Assembly (NCBI RefSeq): GCF_000012285.1
Contig: NC_007181.1
Coordinates: 2,010,001-2,042,000, forward strand
Length of the DNA: 32,000 nt
Direction: 5' to 3'
DNA from: Sulfolobus acidocaldarius DSM 639
GTDB taxonomy: Archaea; Thermoproteota; Thermoprotei_A; Sulfolobales; Sulfolobaceae
The notes beneath the pieces were generated by a model. It saw only the letters and a list, made by a program, of their open reading frames with translations. It did no database searches and was not told the origin of the DNA. The position numbers were made by a program, and so were the translations under genes. Of the stretch, positions 1-9,339 are shown one piece after another. Positions within the stretch are counted from its first letter, which is position 1. Each line of letters starts with the position of its first letter.

Positions 1-4
1 TCTG

Positions 5-583
5 TTGTATACTCAAAGGAATTTAATGAATGGTCAGCTTTCATATATAGAAACCTACAACATATACGCCTATAATAGTGACGAAATAATAATTATCAAT
101 TATCCATTCAATTCTTTCCTTTACGTAATCAGGGAATTCCCATATGAGTTCTTAGTCTTCTCGTTTTCCCTAATATTTACTGGTCTAGTATTATATTTTG
201 ACAGTGGAGTTAGGAGAGGTATATCAGAAGTTTTCAAAGGAAAGTTCACGTTCAGTAGAATCTTATGGCTGATTATTATAGGTGGTAACTTAATAGATGC
301 TGTAGTCTCAAGTATCGCATGGATTAATTTCGATGCGTCTGAGTATAATGTGTTCCTTCAACCATATGATAACATTAATGGATATTCTGTTGGTATAATG
401 ATGTTATTTACAATAAAGATACTTAGTATATTGGTTATTTACGTCATAACTACACTTGCAGGAAGGATATGCGTTAAATGTAAAAATGCTATCTTGGCTT
501 GGACAAGCGGAGTGGTGATATTCTTAGCCTCATACATATTATATTCCTTAACGACATACTTAATATATTTCAGAATTCTATAA
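5..583 (+). CDS. hypothetical integral membrane protein, possibly 5'-truncated by the window edge
   Basis: The frame is open from the first bases of the window. It has several ~20-aa hydrophobic segments (FLVFSFSLIFTGLVLYF, ILWLIIIGGNLIDAVV, IMMLFTIKILSILVIYVITTLA, VVIFLASYILYSL). I recognised no family motif. Confidence 0.4.
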   Translation: MYTQRNLMNGQLSYIETYNIYAYNSDEIIIINYPFNSFLYVIREFPYEFLVFSFSLIFTGLVLYFDSGVRRGISEVFKGKFTFSRILWLIIIGGNLIDAVVSSIAWINFDASEYNVFLQPYDNINGYSVGIMMLFTIKILSILVIYVITTLAGRICVKCKNAILAWTSGVVIFLASYILYSLTTYLIYFRIL

Positions 584-1468
584 AAGTGCACCAACTTAAT
601 AGAGGTTTTGTGAGCTTTAATAATCTATTTAAGGTCTTTAAAGGAAAGAGAATGAGGAAAAATTGGCATACATGGGAAACTGAATATCAGACGTTAATGA
701 AAATTAAGAGTAGTTACAGTACTTCATGCCATTTATGCAGTTAACATATAATATGTTAGTTTGTGAAGAATGATAGTTAATATGAGTACATCTTTACTTT
801 ATTATTCTTCTCTGATTTAAGACAAGACGTGTCAAATGGTTATCAAAAATTTGACCCAGTTGAGTATTACCTTCCTACCACAGTAATACTATTACAATTT
901 TAATTATATTACATTCTCAACATATTTAGAAAATTACTCATGTTCAATTATATATGTTATGAAGTATTTGTAATGTCCGGTGAATATTTACTGCTATAAT
1001 CAATATAAAAATGTGTTCGAAAAAATCAAACTATTTCTCGATATCTACCTTCTCCTTAAACAGCCATGTATATTTAAAGCAGTTCGGGACATTATTTTAA
1101 CACATAAAGGTTTATCTTTGCTATATGAATCCATTACTTTTATTTTAAATTTACGTAAGTAATTCAAAAACTTACTGTCCGACTTTAAGTGATAAACTAT
1201 GATTTAGATAATTCATATTAATCTTTCAGACTTCTGGAAAACAATTAGGATTTTATTCCAAGAACGAAAGTATTGTATATTTTCGACCTAGGATTTCTCT
1301 ATTCTCATAGGTAGAGAAAAGGACATTATGTTTCTTTTTCAAGAAATTAATTAAATTTTACCTAACGCGATTCTTTTATCCTTCTTAATTCTTATCAAGA
1401 TATATCTAAAACTTTTCATAACATGAGTATAAATATCCTTATATACCATCAAATATAGTTTTCTCTAC

Positions 1469-2239
1469 ATGAGGTCAGAGTCAGTAGTAATTGGCGTGAA
1501 TAATATAAATTACGCTTTGGATTGGGCAAAAAATCCTGATAACGTTCTAGGTGTCATTCCTAGTGTTGTTGGTGTTGAGGATGGATACATGGTATTGAGG
1601 TTTAGAATACTGTGGTTCTTCAGATTAACCTCTAGATTTAAGATTCAAAGTCCGAAGATCTCATCAGACTCAGTGGAATGGTCTGCAGTAGATGACAAGG
1701 GAAACACTTTTGGGATAGGATTTTATCATGAGACAGAGGACATGTTAAGAGTTACATTAACTTATAAAGGGGAAAAGGAATGGATTGTAGGAAGGAACCT
1801 GAATAAGGTATTAGAAGAGATAAGAAAGGGTATGCTGAATGACTTAGATAAGACTGAGATATATGAGGTAGATGAAAATGGTGAAAATGCAGCTGATTAC
1901 TCACAAAACCTCTCAAAGCTATCTTATCTATCTAAACTAGTAATGAAATCTAAGATGGTGAGAACTCAGAACGTGGCTCTAAATGTAGGTGGTGTTGTAG
2001 ACTACTTGCAAGAGGTGGTATCACAGTTATCAGAATATCCTGTAGTATATATCTCAGGAAGTGGACCGTCAGCCTTTAGGGTATTATACATAAACGGAGA
2101 GGTTAAAGGAGTGTATGTAATGAAAGACGGAAAGGAGTACTTTGGAAAGGAAGACGTTTTAAACACTCTCTCGGGTAATTATAAGACCCAGGTGTACGTA
2201 ATGGTTTCACCGAAACTTCTGGAGGGAATAAGAGAATGA
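1469..2239 (+). CDS. hypothetical two-domain protein: N-terminal beta-rich domain (possibly SRPBCC/START-like) plus a C-terminal domain resembling the PATAN/DUF4388 pattern
   Basis: ATG start, 256 aa. The stop overlaps the next gene's ATG by 4 nt (ATGA at 2236-2239). The C-terminal pattern G-x-V-x-YLQEVV...FRVLYINGEVKGVYV...GKEYFGKEDVLNTL...QVYVM resembles DUF4388-type domains. The domain assignment is by eye only. Confidence 0.6.
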   Translation: MRSESVVIGVNNINYALDWAKNPDNVLGVIPSVVGVEDGYMVLRFRILWFFRLTSRFKIQSPKISSDSVEWSAVDDKGNTFGIGFYHETEDMLRVTLTYKGEKEWIVGRNLNKVLEEIRKGMLNDLDKTEIYEVDENGENAADYSQNLSKLSYLSKLVMKSKMVRTQNVALNVGGVVDYLQEVVSQLSEYPVVYISGSGPSAFRVLYINGEVKGVYVMKDGKEYFGKEDVLNTLSGNYKTQVYVMVSPKLLEGIRE

Positions 2240-3000
2240 AGATCCACAAGCCATATGTCATTCATGAGGATAGAGACCATAAATTTGTTTGGTTGGGACT
2301 TGACGAGTCTGACTATGAAAGGGGTGTTCTGACAAACCAGTATTTGATAGTCGATGGAGATAAAGGTATTCTATTGGATCCAGGTGGGTATTTTGTATTT
2401 GAAAGAGTGTTCAAAAACTTGAAGGATTTTGTGAAGCCTGAAAACATTGTGGGGTTATTTTACTCTCACCAAGATCCGGATGTGATAGGCGCAATGAACC
2501 TCTGGCTAGATACCTGCCCTAACGCTAAGGTGTACATATCAGAGATATGGGAAAGATTTATACCTCATCTAGGTATGTCAGATCCTAGTAGTTCAGAAAG
2601 AATAGTTAAAATACCTGATAGAGGAATGGAGTTTAAAATAGAGAAAAACCAAGTGAGAGCTGTCCCTGCACACTTCCTCCATTCTGAAGGAAACTTCCAT
2701 CTTTACGACGTTAAATCTAAGGTTTATTTCTCAGGAGATATAGGAGCAGCGATATTCCCTAAAGGGAAATGGAGTCTATATGTCCAGAACTTCGATGAAC
2801 ATGTAAAATACATGGAGTGGTTCCATAGGAGATACTTACCTACAAGAAAGGCTTTAGATGTTTGGCTCAAAAGGGTGAAAGAGTTGGACATAAAGATTAT
2901 TGCACCGCAACACGGTTCCATATTTGAAGGAGATAATGTAAAGAAGTTCATTAACTGGCTAGATAAGCTAGATAAGGTAGGAATAGATCTCATGGAATGA
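2236..3000 (+). CDS. metallo-beta-lactamase-fold protein, di-iron (flavodiiron N-domain / ODP-like) type
   Basis: 254 aa. It has the motif FYSHQDPDVIG in place of the HxHxDH / HxExDH motif. Later candidate ligands are VPAHFLHSEG, FSGDIG and APQHGS, with spacing typical of the MBL fold. It is translationally coupled to the upstream ORF. Confidence 0.75.
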   Translation: MKIHKPYVIHEDRDHKFVWLGLDESDYERGVLTNQYLIVDGDKGILLDPGGYFVFERVFKNLKDFVKPENIVGLFYSHQDPDVIGAMNLWLDTCPNAKVYISEIWERFIPHLGMSDPSSSERIVKIPDRGMEFKIEKNQVRAVPAHFLHSEGNFHLYDVKSKVYFSGDIGAAIFPKGKWSLYVQNFDEHVKYMEWFHRRYLPTRKALDVWLKRVKELDIKIIAPQHGSIFEGDNVKKFINWLDKLDKVGIDLME

Positions 3001-3344
3001 AACACAAGGAGAGGAGAAAATTACAATATTTTTTAATCTTTCCGCAAGTATTGGTTTCTCTCCCAGTCTAAATTCAACTTTACATTAACATAAACTCTTT
3101 ATCATTCCTTTAGGCAATGAGTTTTAACTCATATTCAACCTTCGAGAATAAACAATATCCTCAACCGCGTAGAATAGACATCATGGTCTCTGTTTTTTCT
3201 CTAAATTACAGGAAGCAACGAAATCTAACTGAACGGATGATGATTCTAAATATTTAAGTGATAATGGCAGGAAACCTTAAAATATATAGTACTCTAGTTT
3301 CTAATTAGAAAAAGCCTATATAAGAATTTTACATTATTAATTAT

Positions 3345-4742
3345 ATGGACAAGACTTATATTCAAAAATCTACACCTAAAAGATCTACATATACTGTCCT
3401 ATCTGCTATGGGTTATTTCTTAGACGGATATGACCTCAGTGTAATATCGGTGTTCACATTCATCTTACAGACCTACAAGATATTTCCTTATGACTCATTT
3501 ACCCTAGGTTGGGTCAGCGGATCGGCGCTTTTAGGTGCTATGGTAGGAGCAATTTTATTTGGGCATTACTCTGACAGAATTGGCAGAAGGTATCTCTACG
3601 TTTTCGATCTGATATTTTTTGTAGTCTTTGCTGTGTTATCTGCCCTCTCTACTAACCTTATCCAAATGATAATTTTCAGGTTCTTCATAGGATGGGGCGT
3701 TGGTGCTGATTATGCACTAAGTCCAGTATACGCTTCGGAAATGTACCCAAATATGGAGAGAGGCAAGGGATATGGATGGGTATGGTCGTTCTGGAGTATT
3801 GGAGCAGCAGTTGCGTTTTCAGTTGGATACCTGTTTTACTTAATCGACCCCATAACCGCCTGGAGGTGGGCACTAGGTCTAGGTGCTATTCCTGCAATAA
3901 TAACTATACTTCTGAGGACTAATCTCCCTGAGTCTACAAGGTGGAATATTGCTCAAAAAGGAGAGAAAGCTATCGAAGAAGCTAGGTTATTAAGGAGAGA
4001 GACTGGTATGACTGATGAGGATATCAATAATCTTATTAAGGAGAAGCAAAAGTACGAGAAAATAAGTGCGGGCTCAATAACAGCCCTATTTAAAGGTGAG
4101 TGGGCTAAGAGGACCGCAGTTGTATGGACCCAATGGATTCTCTATGATATCGGTGCCTATGGATTTGGTCTCTATTCACCTAGTATTTTGAGTTTATTAG
4201 GTATTAAGGGTGCTTTAGCCATATTGTTCTCCGCATTATTGTATGTACCAGGGTTTTTAGGTGCACTGGGTGCAGCATATCTTAATGATACTGTGGGAAG
4301 GCGAATTCTACAGTTATTAGGCTTTGGTTTTGCAACACTTGGTATGATCTTTGTAGCATTAGGAGCCACAATAGGTGGACTATTTGCTATCGCCTTGGGT
4401 ATAATAGGGTTAATATTTTAGTATGGAATGGGAAACCTTGGACCTGGAAACACTATGGGTCTTTATGCTATAGAATTATTCCCTACTAAGTTAAGGTCTG
4501 TGTCTATGGGTTCAGCCACTGCTATTACTAGGTTTGTGTCATTTTTAAGTGCCTTCGAGTTTCCCTTCATCGTGTCTTCCTTCGGAAAATTACCATTCTT
4601 TGAACTTCTGGTAATAGTTAGTGCTGCAGCATTTGTGTTTACCCTGATATTCACCCCTGAAACAAAAGGACTCTCGTTAGAGCAAATATCCACATATAAA
4701 TATAGAAGAGGAAAGCTTATCCCTGATGATAGAAAAGAGTAA
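3345..4742 (+). pseudogene. MFS (sugar-porter-like) transporter interrupted by one in-frame TAG at 4419-4421. The ORF halves are 3345-4421 and 4428-4742.
   Basis: Both track ORFs are in the same frame. Read through the stop, the sequence gives ...GIIGLIF*YGMGNLGPGNTMGLYAIELFPTKLRS, a continuous MFS TM10/TM11 segment. MFS motifs are present: GHYSDRIGRRY, PESTRW and ELFPTKLR. Confidence 0.8.
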
Positions 4743-4942
4743 AGATAAGGAATAAATTAAAACTATTTTTATTGTAATTTATTTTATACAAGGATAAACT
4801 ATATATTTAAACAATATCTATATCATGTACTGCTAAAATTGGACCTTATCTAGTAAATAATCTTAATTTTATGAATTCAATTTTAATATCTTTTGTATTC
4901 TTATCTTAAAGGATAAATAGAAGCCAAAACAATTATTCTGTT

Positions 4943-5545
4943 ATGGAAAAACGAAAGGACTATGAGAGCAGCGACCTGAGTGTAGTTAAGACCATTAGGA
5001 TACCTAAGAAGATGGAGGAATTTTTAGATAAAGTTTCACTAGAGGAAGATACAAAATTTAACAGTATTATAACGAGGGAACTAGAAAAATACATGTTATT
5101 TACATACAAAATCCGCAAATTCGATAAAGAGAAAGAAATTACAATATCTAGTAGATTTTTTGAGCTCGTACTAAATTGTATGACCGATGATTTACACTTG
5201 ATAGAGGAGAATGCCTATCAGGCAGGGAAAAAATGGGGTAAAGAGTACCTGTTCATTTGGAGTAAAGAATTACACAGTAAAAAATATGCGAAATATGGAA
5301 AGTTGATGACTTTCATTGGATTCTTAGATATTATTTCGAAGTATTCCAACTTGTTTAAATATGATATCGTAGAGGATAAAGAGAGTATTACAATTATATT
5401 ATCTCACAATTATAACTACAAATATTCTGTATTAATAGCGAATTATTATAAAGGGTTGATGGAAAATATCCACGAGTTAGCTGATAAAAAATGTAAGATA
5501 GAACCGATGGAAAAAAGTATAGTCTTTACCTTTAATAGAGATTAG
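4943..5545 (+). CDS. hypothetical protein, possibly a ribbon-helix-helix DNA-binding N-terminus plus a ligand-binding C-terminal domain
   Basis: ATG start, 200 aa. The N-terminal KTIRIPKKMEEFLDKVSLEEDTKFNSIITRELEKYM fits a beta-strand/helix/helix (RHH/CopG-like) pattern. I did not confidently recognise the C-terminal domain; a V4R-like fold is a guess. Confidence 0.5.
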   Translation: MEKRKDYESSDLSVVKTIRIPKKMEEFLDKVSLEEDTKFNSIITRELEKYMLFTYKIRKFDKEKEITISSRFFELVLNCMTDDLHLIEENAYQAGKKWGKEYLFIWSKELHSKKYAKYGKLMTFIGFLDIISKYSNLFKYDIVEDKESITIILSHNYNYKYSVLIANYYKGLMENIHELADKKCKIEPMEKSIVFTFNRD

Positions 5546-5596
5546 CTAAAAGATGTCAAATGTTTCTCGAACTAATCTGATTGGTTCGCTAAGTTT

Positions 5597-6988
5597 TCAT
5601 CTTTTAAGTTGTCTTGCTATTGCCAAGTAAATTGCTCCTCCTACGACCCACAATACTAAAGTTAACACGCCGATGAGAACTGGTATATTTATTGCACTAG
5701 TGATTATTTGACTGTAAAACACGAAGCCTATTATAGTCTCAATTATGGCTACAAGTAATATATTACCTATGGTCAATGCGTTATTTCTCTTTACAACAAT
5801 TAACATGCTTATATTTACTGTAAATATAGCTATTAGGAAACCAAACGTGGTAGTGACACCAGTAGCAATGAATATATTTGCCGGAGTAAAAATAAGAGAC
5901 ATTATAACGAAATAGACAGCTGTAAATATGAATGTGAATAATGCAGCAATATGGGGAGTTCTTCTCCTCTTATGTATATCCCCAATTCTGGACGGCAATA
6001 ATCCGTCTCTACTCATTGCGTACATAACCCTGGTCACTGCATTTGTAAATCCACATGCACAAGCTATATTACTGTTGATAAGAAGGGCTGTTAAAATTAT
6101 GGCTAATATGGGACCACCAAAATTATATGCTTCTATTAGACCTGGGGCAAGATAGTTGAAATAAGAGCTCATGTTATTGACACCCCATCCTACAGTGAAT
6201 GCCTCAGAGCCTATCAGATATACAATACCCACTATCAATGCAGCTGTAAACACGCCCTTAGTTATCGTATTTTTTGGATCTTGAGCTTCTTCTCCGAGCA
6301 CAGAGACAGTTTCATATCCAGTGAAAGCCAAAATACCGAACGAAACACCAAGACCAAGATTAAGTATTTGAGGTTGTGGCACATACGCAAGAGTAAATGT
6401 TTGTGGGTCAGGAGGCACTTTGGAAAATATCAGGAGCGAAGTCGCAATTAAAACAGTAATTTCCGCTAAGCTCATAGTCAGTGTGAATTTTAGAGACGGT
6501 CTTATTCCCATATATGATATAAAAACCGCAATGGCTGCATTTGCAAGACCAAATGGAATCCATATCCAATCTGGCAAACTTAATCCTAACTCTTGAAGTC
6601 CTGTAGGAACCATTAGCCCCATTATTAGATAGACAAATATTATAACTGCAAATATGTAAACGATGTAAGACATACTGGCTATGAAGGCTACTTTTTTCCC
6701 TAACCCCCTCTCTATAAATGTATATATTCCACCTGCACTTTGAATGTATCTAGATATTATACTTATCCTTGTAGCATCAAGCAGTATAGCAACTAAGGCT
6801 ATTAATACAGCTAATGGTAAGCCTCCATATACGAAAGCAGCTGCACCGGTTAATGTCCCTATTGTAGCAGCTGCAGGAGCTGCGGAAGCTATACCTTGTG
6901 CTAAAACCTCTCTATATCGGGCTACACCTTTAGCTAAACCCTCTCCTTGTTCAGTTTGCTCTTCCTTTTTGCCCTTAGTTTCATCCAT
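5597..6988 (-). CDS. APC-superfamily amino acid/amine permease
   Basis: 463 aa, ATG start, about 12 hydrophobic helices. The layout is APC-like (cytoplasmic N-terminal tail, GYETVSVLGEEAQDPKKT-like segment 'GYETVSVLGEEAQDPKNT'). It is divergent from the amine oxidase gene. Confidence 0.85.
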   Translation of the reverse strand: MDETKGKKEEQTEQGEGLAKGVARYREVLAQGIASAAPAAATIGTLTGAAAFVYGGLPLAVLIALVAILLDATRISIISRYIQSAGGIYTFIERGLGKKVAFIASMSYIVYIFAVIIFVYLIMGLMVPTGLQELGLSLPDWIWIPFGLANAAIAVFISYMGIRPSLKFTLTMSLAEITVLIATSLLIFSKVPPDPQTFTLAYVPQPQILNLGLGVSFGILAFTGYETVSVLGEEAQDPKNTITKGVFTAALIVGIVYLIGSEAFTVGWGVNNMSSYFNYLAPGLIEAYNFGGPILAIILTALLINSNIACACGFTNAVTRVMYAMSRDGLLPSRIGDIHKRRRTPHIAALFTFIFTAVYFVIMSLIFTPANIFIATGVTTTFGFLIAIFTVNISMLIVVKRNNALTIGNILLVAIIETIIGFVFYSQIITSAINIPVLIGVLTLVLWVVGGAIYLAIARQLKR

Positions 6989-7042
6989 TTTAGTTCGAAA
7001 CTACTATTATGTAGAACTAATATTTAATCATATTTTGTAAGA

Positions 7043-7073
7043 TAATGTATTATAATGTATTACTTTATAATAC
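7043..7073. promoter_or_regulatory. candidate operator in the permease/amine-oxidase divergent intergenic region
   Basis: A perfect tandem 10-mer taatgtatta occurs twice (7043-7052, 7053-7062). It overlaps a perfect 9-bp inverted repeat, gtattataa (7047-7055) / ttataatac (7065-7073), with a 9-nt spacer. The AT-rich context lowers its significance. Confidence 0.3.
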
Positions 7074-7138
7074 AAAATATATATTTATAGTTATATTTTC
7101 TTATGTAATATTGATCATATAAGCTTAGGTGAGAAGGA

Positions 7139-9133
7139 GTGGTTGAAGAAAGTAAAGTAAATTCTAGGTTAGTCAAGTCTCCACTAGATCCACTTGACGA
7201 GAACGAAATAGAGATAGCAGCTCAGGTAATAAGGGAAAAAATAGTCCTAGAGAAGGGAGAGAGCATAAAATTCATTGCCATAATGCTAAATGAGCCAGAG
7301 AAAGATGATTATCTGAAATGGAAAAGAGGAGAGAAAAGTGTAGAGAGACAAGCATTAGTCAAGTTTTATAATCCTGCAGAAGAGGGGAAAGTATATGAAG
7401 CAATAGTTTCCATTGAGTCTCGTTCAATTGTTTCAGTTCATGAAATAAAGAATGTCCACGCACCTATAACCTTGGACGAATTTGGAGAATGTGAAAAAGC
7501 TGTAAGAAATGATAAGCGCGTTCAAGAGGCTCTACAAAAACGTGGTATACTTCCTAATGATCTCAATCTTTTGATAGTTGACTGTTGGTCCCCAGGGTAT
7601 GTAAATGAGGCTGAACGTAATAAAAGGTTAGCTATAGGATACATGTGGATTAAAAAAGACCTAAAAGACAATAATTATGCTCGTCCAGTACACGGACTTA
7701 TGCCATGGGTTGACCTAAATAAAATGGAGGTAGTTAGAATTGACGATTTCGGTGAGGCGCCTCTTCCTGAACTTAGCAGTGATTACACACCTGAGAGAAG
7801 GAAAGACATACAAGTAGACAGCCTTAAACCCATCGAAATACTTCAACCTCAAGGGAGCAGTGTAGAGGTTAATGGTTACGAAATAAAATGGTATAGATGG
7901 AGGTTGAGGATTGGTTATACACCGAGGGAGGGGCTCGTAATATATGACGTAAGATATAACTATAAAGGAAGAGAGAGACAAATTATTTACAGAGCATCAG
8001 TTGTAGATTTAATGGTTCCTTACGGAGATCCATCTCCGTTTCATTACAGAAAAATGGTTCTTGACGCAGGAGATTACGGTCTAGGAAACTTTATAGTTCC
8101 ACTGAAACATGGTAATGGTGAACTCTACGATTGTGATTGTTTGGGTGAAGGTATTTACCATTTCGATGTAGTTAGGGCAAGTTCCGATGGTAAACCTGTG
8201 AAGGTGAAAAAGGCTATATGTGTACATGAAGAGGATTTTAATGTAATATGGAGACACACTGATTTGAGAAGCGGAGATTCTGAGGTAAGGCGAAATAGGA
8301 GGCTTGTAGTATCATTTTGGGCAACGTTGGCTAATTATGACTATGGATTCTTCTGGCATTTTTACCAAGACGGTAGCATTGAACTGATGGTTAAATTAAC
8401 TGGTATAATAAATGACGACGCCGCACCTAAAGGACAAAAGAGAAAGTATGGTACACTTGTTACCCCAGAGGTTTATGGACCTATTCACATACACTGGTTT
8501 AACATTAGATTGGATTTAGATATCGACGGACAAATAAATAGGGTATATGAAGTCAATCTAAAACCAGAGAGTATAGGTCCTGAAAACCCGTTAGGTAACG
8601 CCTTCTATGCAGAGGAAACTCTATTAAAAAATGAACTAGAGGCTAGAAGACACGTAAATCCGCAAAGTGGTAGATACTGGAAAATAGTTAATCTGAAAAA
8701 GTCGAATTATCTAGGTGAACCTGTTGCATATAGATTTATTCCTAGAGAAAATGTAGCATGTCCATTACCAGACGAGTCCTTTGTAAGGAAGAGAGGGGGC
8801 TATATAAATTATCATTTATGGGTGACTCCATATGACCCAAATGAAAGATATGCTACTGGAGATTATCCCTATGAAAGGATTGGCGAAGGATTACCTAAGT
8901 ATGTGGAAAAGAACAGGAGCATAGTGGATAAGGATATCGTATTGTGGTACACATTGGGAGTTGAGCATGTAGTGAGAGTTGAAGACTGGCCAGTAATGCC
9001 CGTAGAAATGGCTGGATTTATGTTAAGACCCGACGGATTCTTTGACGAAAATCCATGCATAGATTTGCCAAGAGAGTTACCATCTAATAACGAGAATAAA
9101 TATAGAATGAAACATACTCACGGAAGCCATTGA
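7139..9133 (+). CDS. copper-containing (topaquinone) primary amine oxidase
   Basis: 664 aa. The TPQ consensus LANYDYGFFW places the precursor Tyr codon at 8336-8338. Other matching motifs are the catalytic-base region VLDAGDYGLG, the Cu-ligand HIHW (HxH) and the distal His in LGVEHVVRVEDWP. The start is GTG, preceded by aggtga (SD-like) at 7127-7132. No N-terminal hydrophobic signal peptide is present. Confidence 0.9.
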   Translation: MVEESKVNSRLVKSPLDPLDENEIEIAAQVIREKIVLEKGESIKFIAIMLNEPEKDDYLKWKRGEKSVERQALVKFYNPAEEGKVYEAIVSIESRSIVSVHEIKNVHAPITLDEFGECEKAVRNDKRVQEALQKRGILPNDLNLLIVDCWSPGYVNEAERNKRLAIGYMWIKKDLKDNNYARPVHGLMPWVDLNKMEVVRIDDFGEAPLPELSSDYTPERRKDIQVDSLKPIEILQPQGSSVEVNGYEIKWYRWRLRIGYTPREGLVIYDVRYNYKGRERQIIYRASVVDLMVPYGDPSPFHYRKMVLDAGDYGLGNFIVPLKHGNGELYDCDCLGEGIYHFDVVRASSDGKPVKVKKAICVHEEDFNVIWRHTDLRSGDSEVRRNRRLVVSFWATLANYDYGFFWHFYQDGSIELMVKLTGIINDDAAPKGQKRKYGTLVTPEVYGPIHIHWFNIRLDLDIDGQINRVYEVNLKPESIGPENPLGNAFYAEETLLKNELEARRHVNPQSGRYWKIVNLKKSNYLGEPVAYRFIPRENVACPLPDESFVRKRGGYINYHLWVTPYDPNERYATGDYPYERIGEGLPKYVEKNRSIVDKDIVLWYTLGVEHVVRVEDWPVMPVEMAGFMLRPDGFFDENPCIDLPRELPSNNENKYRMKHTHGSH

Positions 9134-9186
9134 GGGATTACTGGTGCCCTCCCATGAGAGTGTAAAGAGGTATAAGAGAATTCTCC

Positions 9187-9192
9187 TTTTTT
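9187..9192 (+). terminator. oligo-T tract downstream of the amine oxidase (candidate archaeal terminator)
   Basis: A T6 run lies about 55 nt after the stop. It is preceded by a short GC hairpin, gaggg (9132-9136) / ccctc (9147-9151). Confidence 0.3.
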
Positions 9193-9339
9193 ATCATATT
9201 ATACTGATGATAATATCTTCTGCGATAATAATTCTATTCTTGTTTAATCGTTTGTAAAGTTTTTTGAATTTAATTAGGTTTGTGTAGAGGATAATCAGTT
9301 TAGCCCTAGCTCTAAAGCGTTTTTCCTCCACAACATAAT

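Noticed and set aside
499-1162. Intergenic ORFs 499-744 and 980-1162.
   Set aside because: The first overlaps the 3' end of the membrane-protein ORF in another frame. The second lies in very AT-rich spacer and has an implausible composition. Neither shows a motif or start context.
3230-3290. Possible C/D-box sRNA (ggatgatga C-box-like sequence).
   Set aside because: No CTGA D box lies at the expected ~45-60 nt distance, and there is no terminal stem or recognisable C'/D' pair.
9203-9260. Possible C/D-box sRNA (ctgatga).
   Set aside because: No downstream CTGA or complementary termini are present. It is probably chance in AT-rich DNA.
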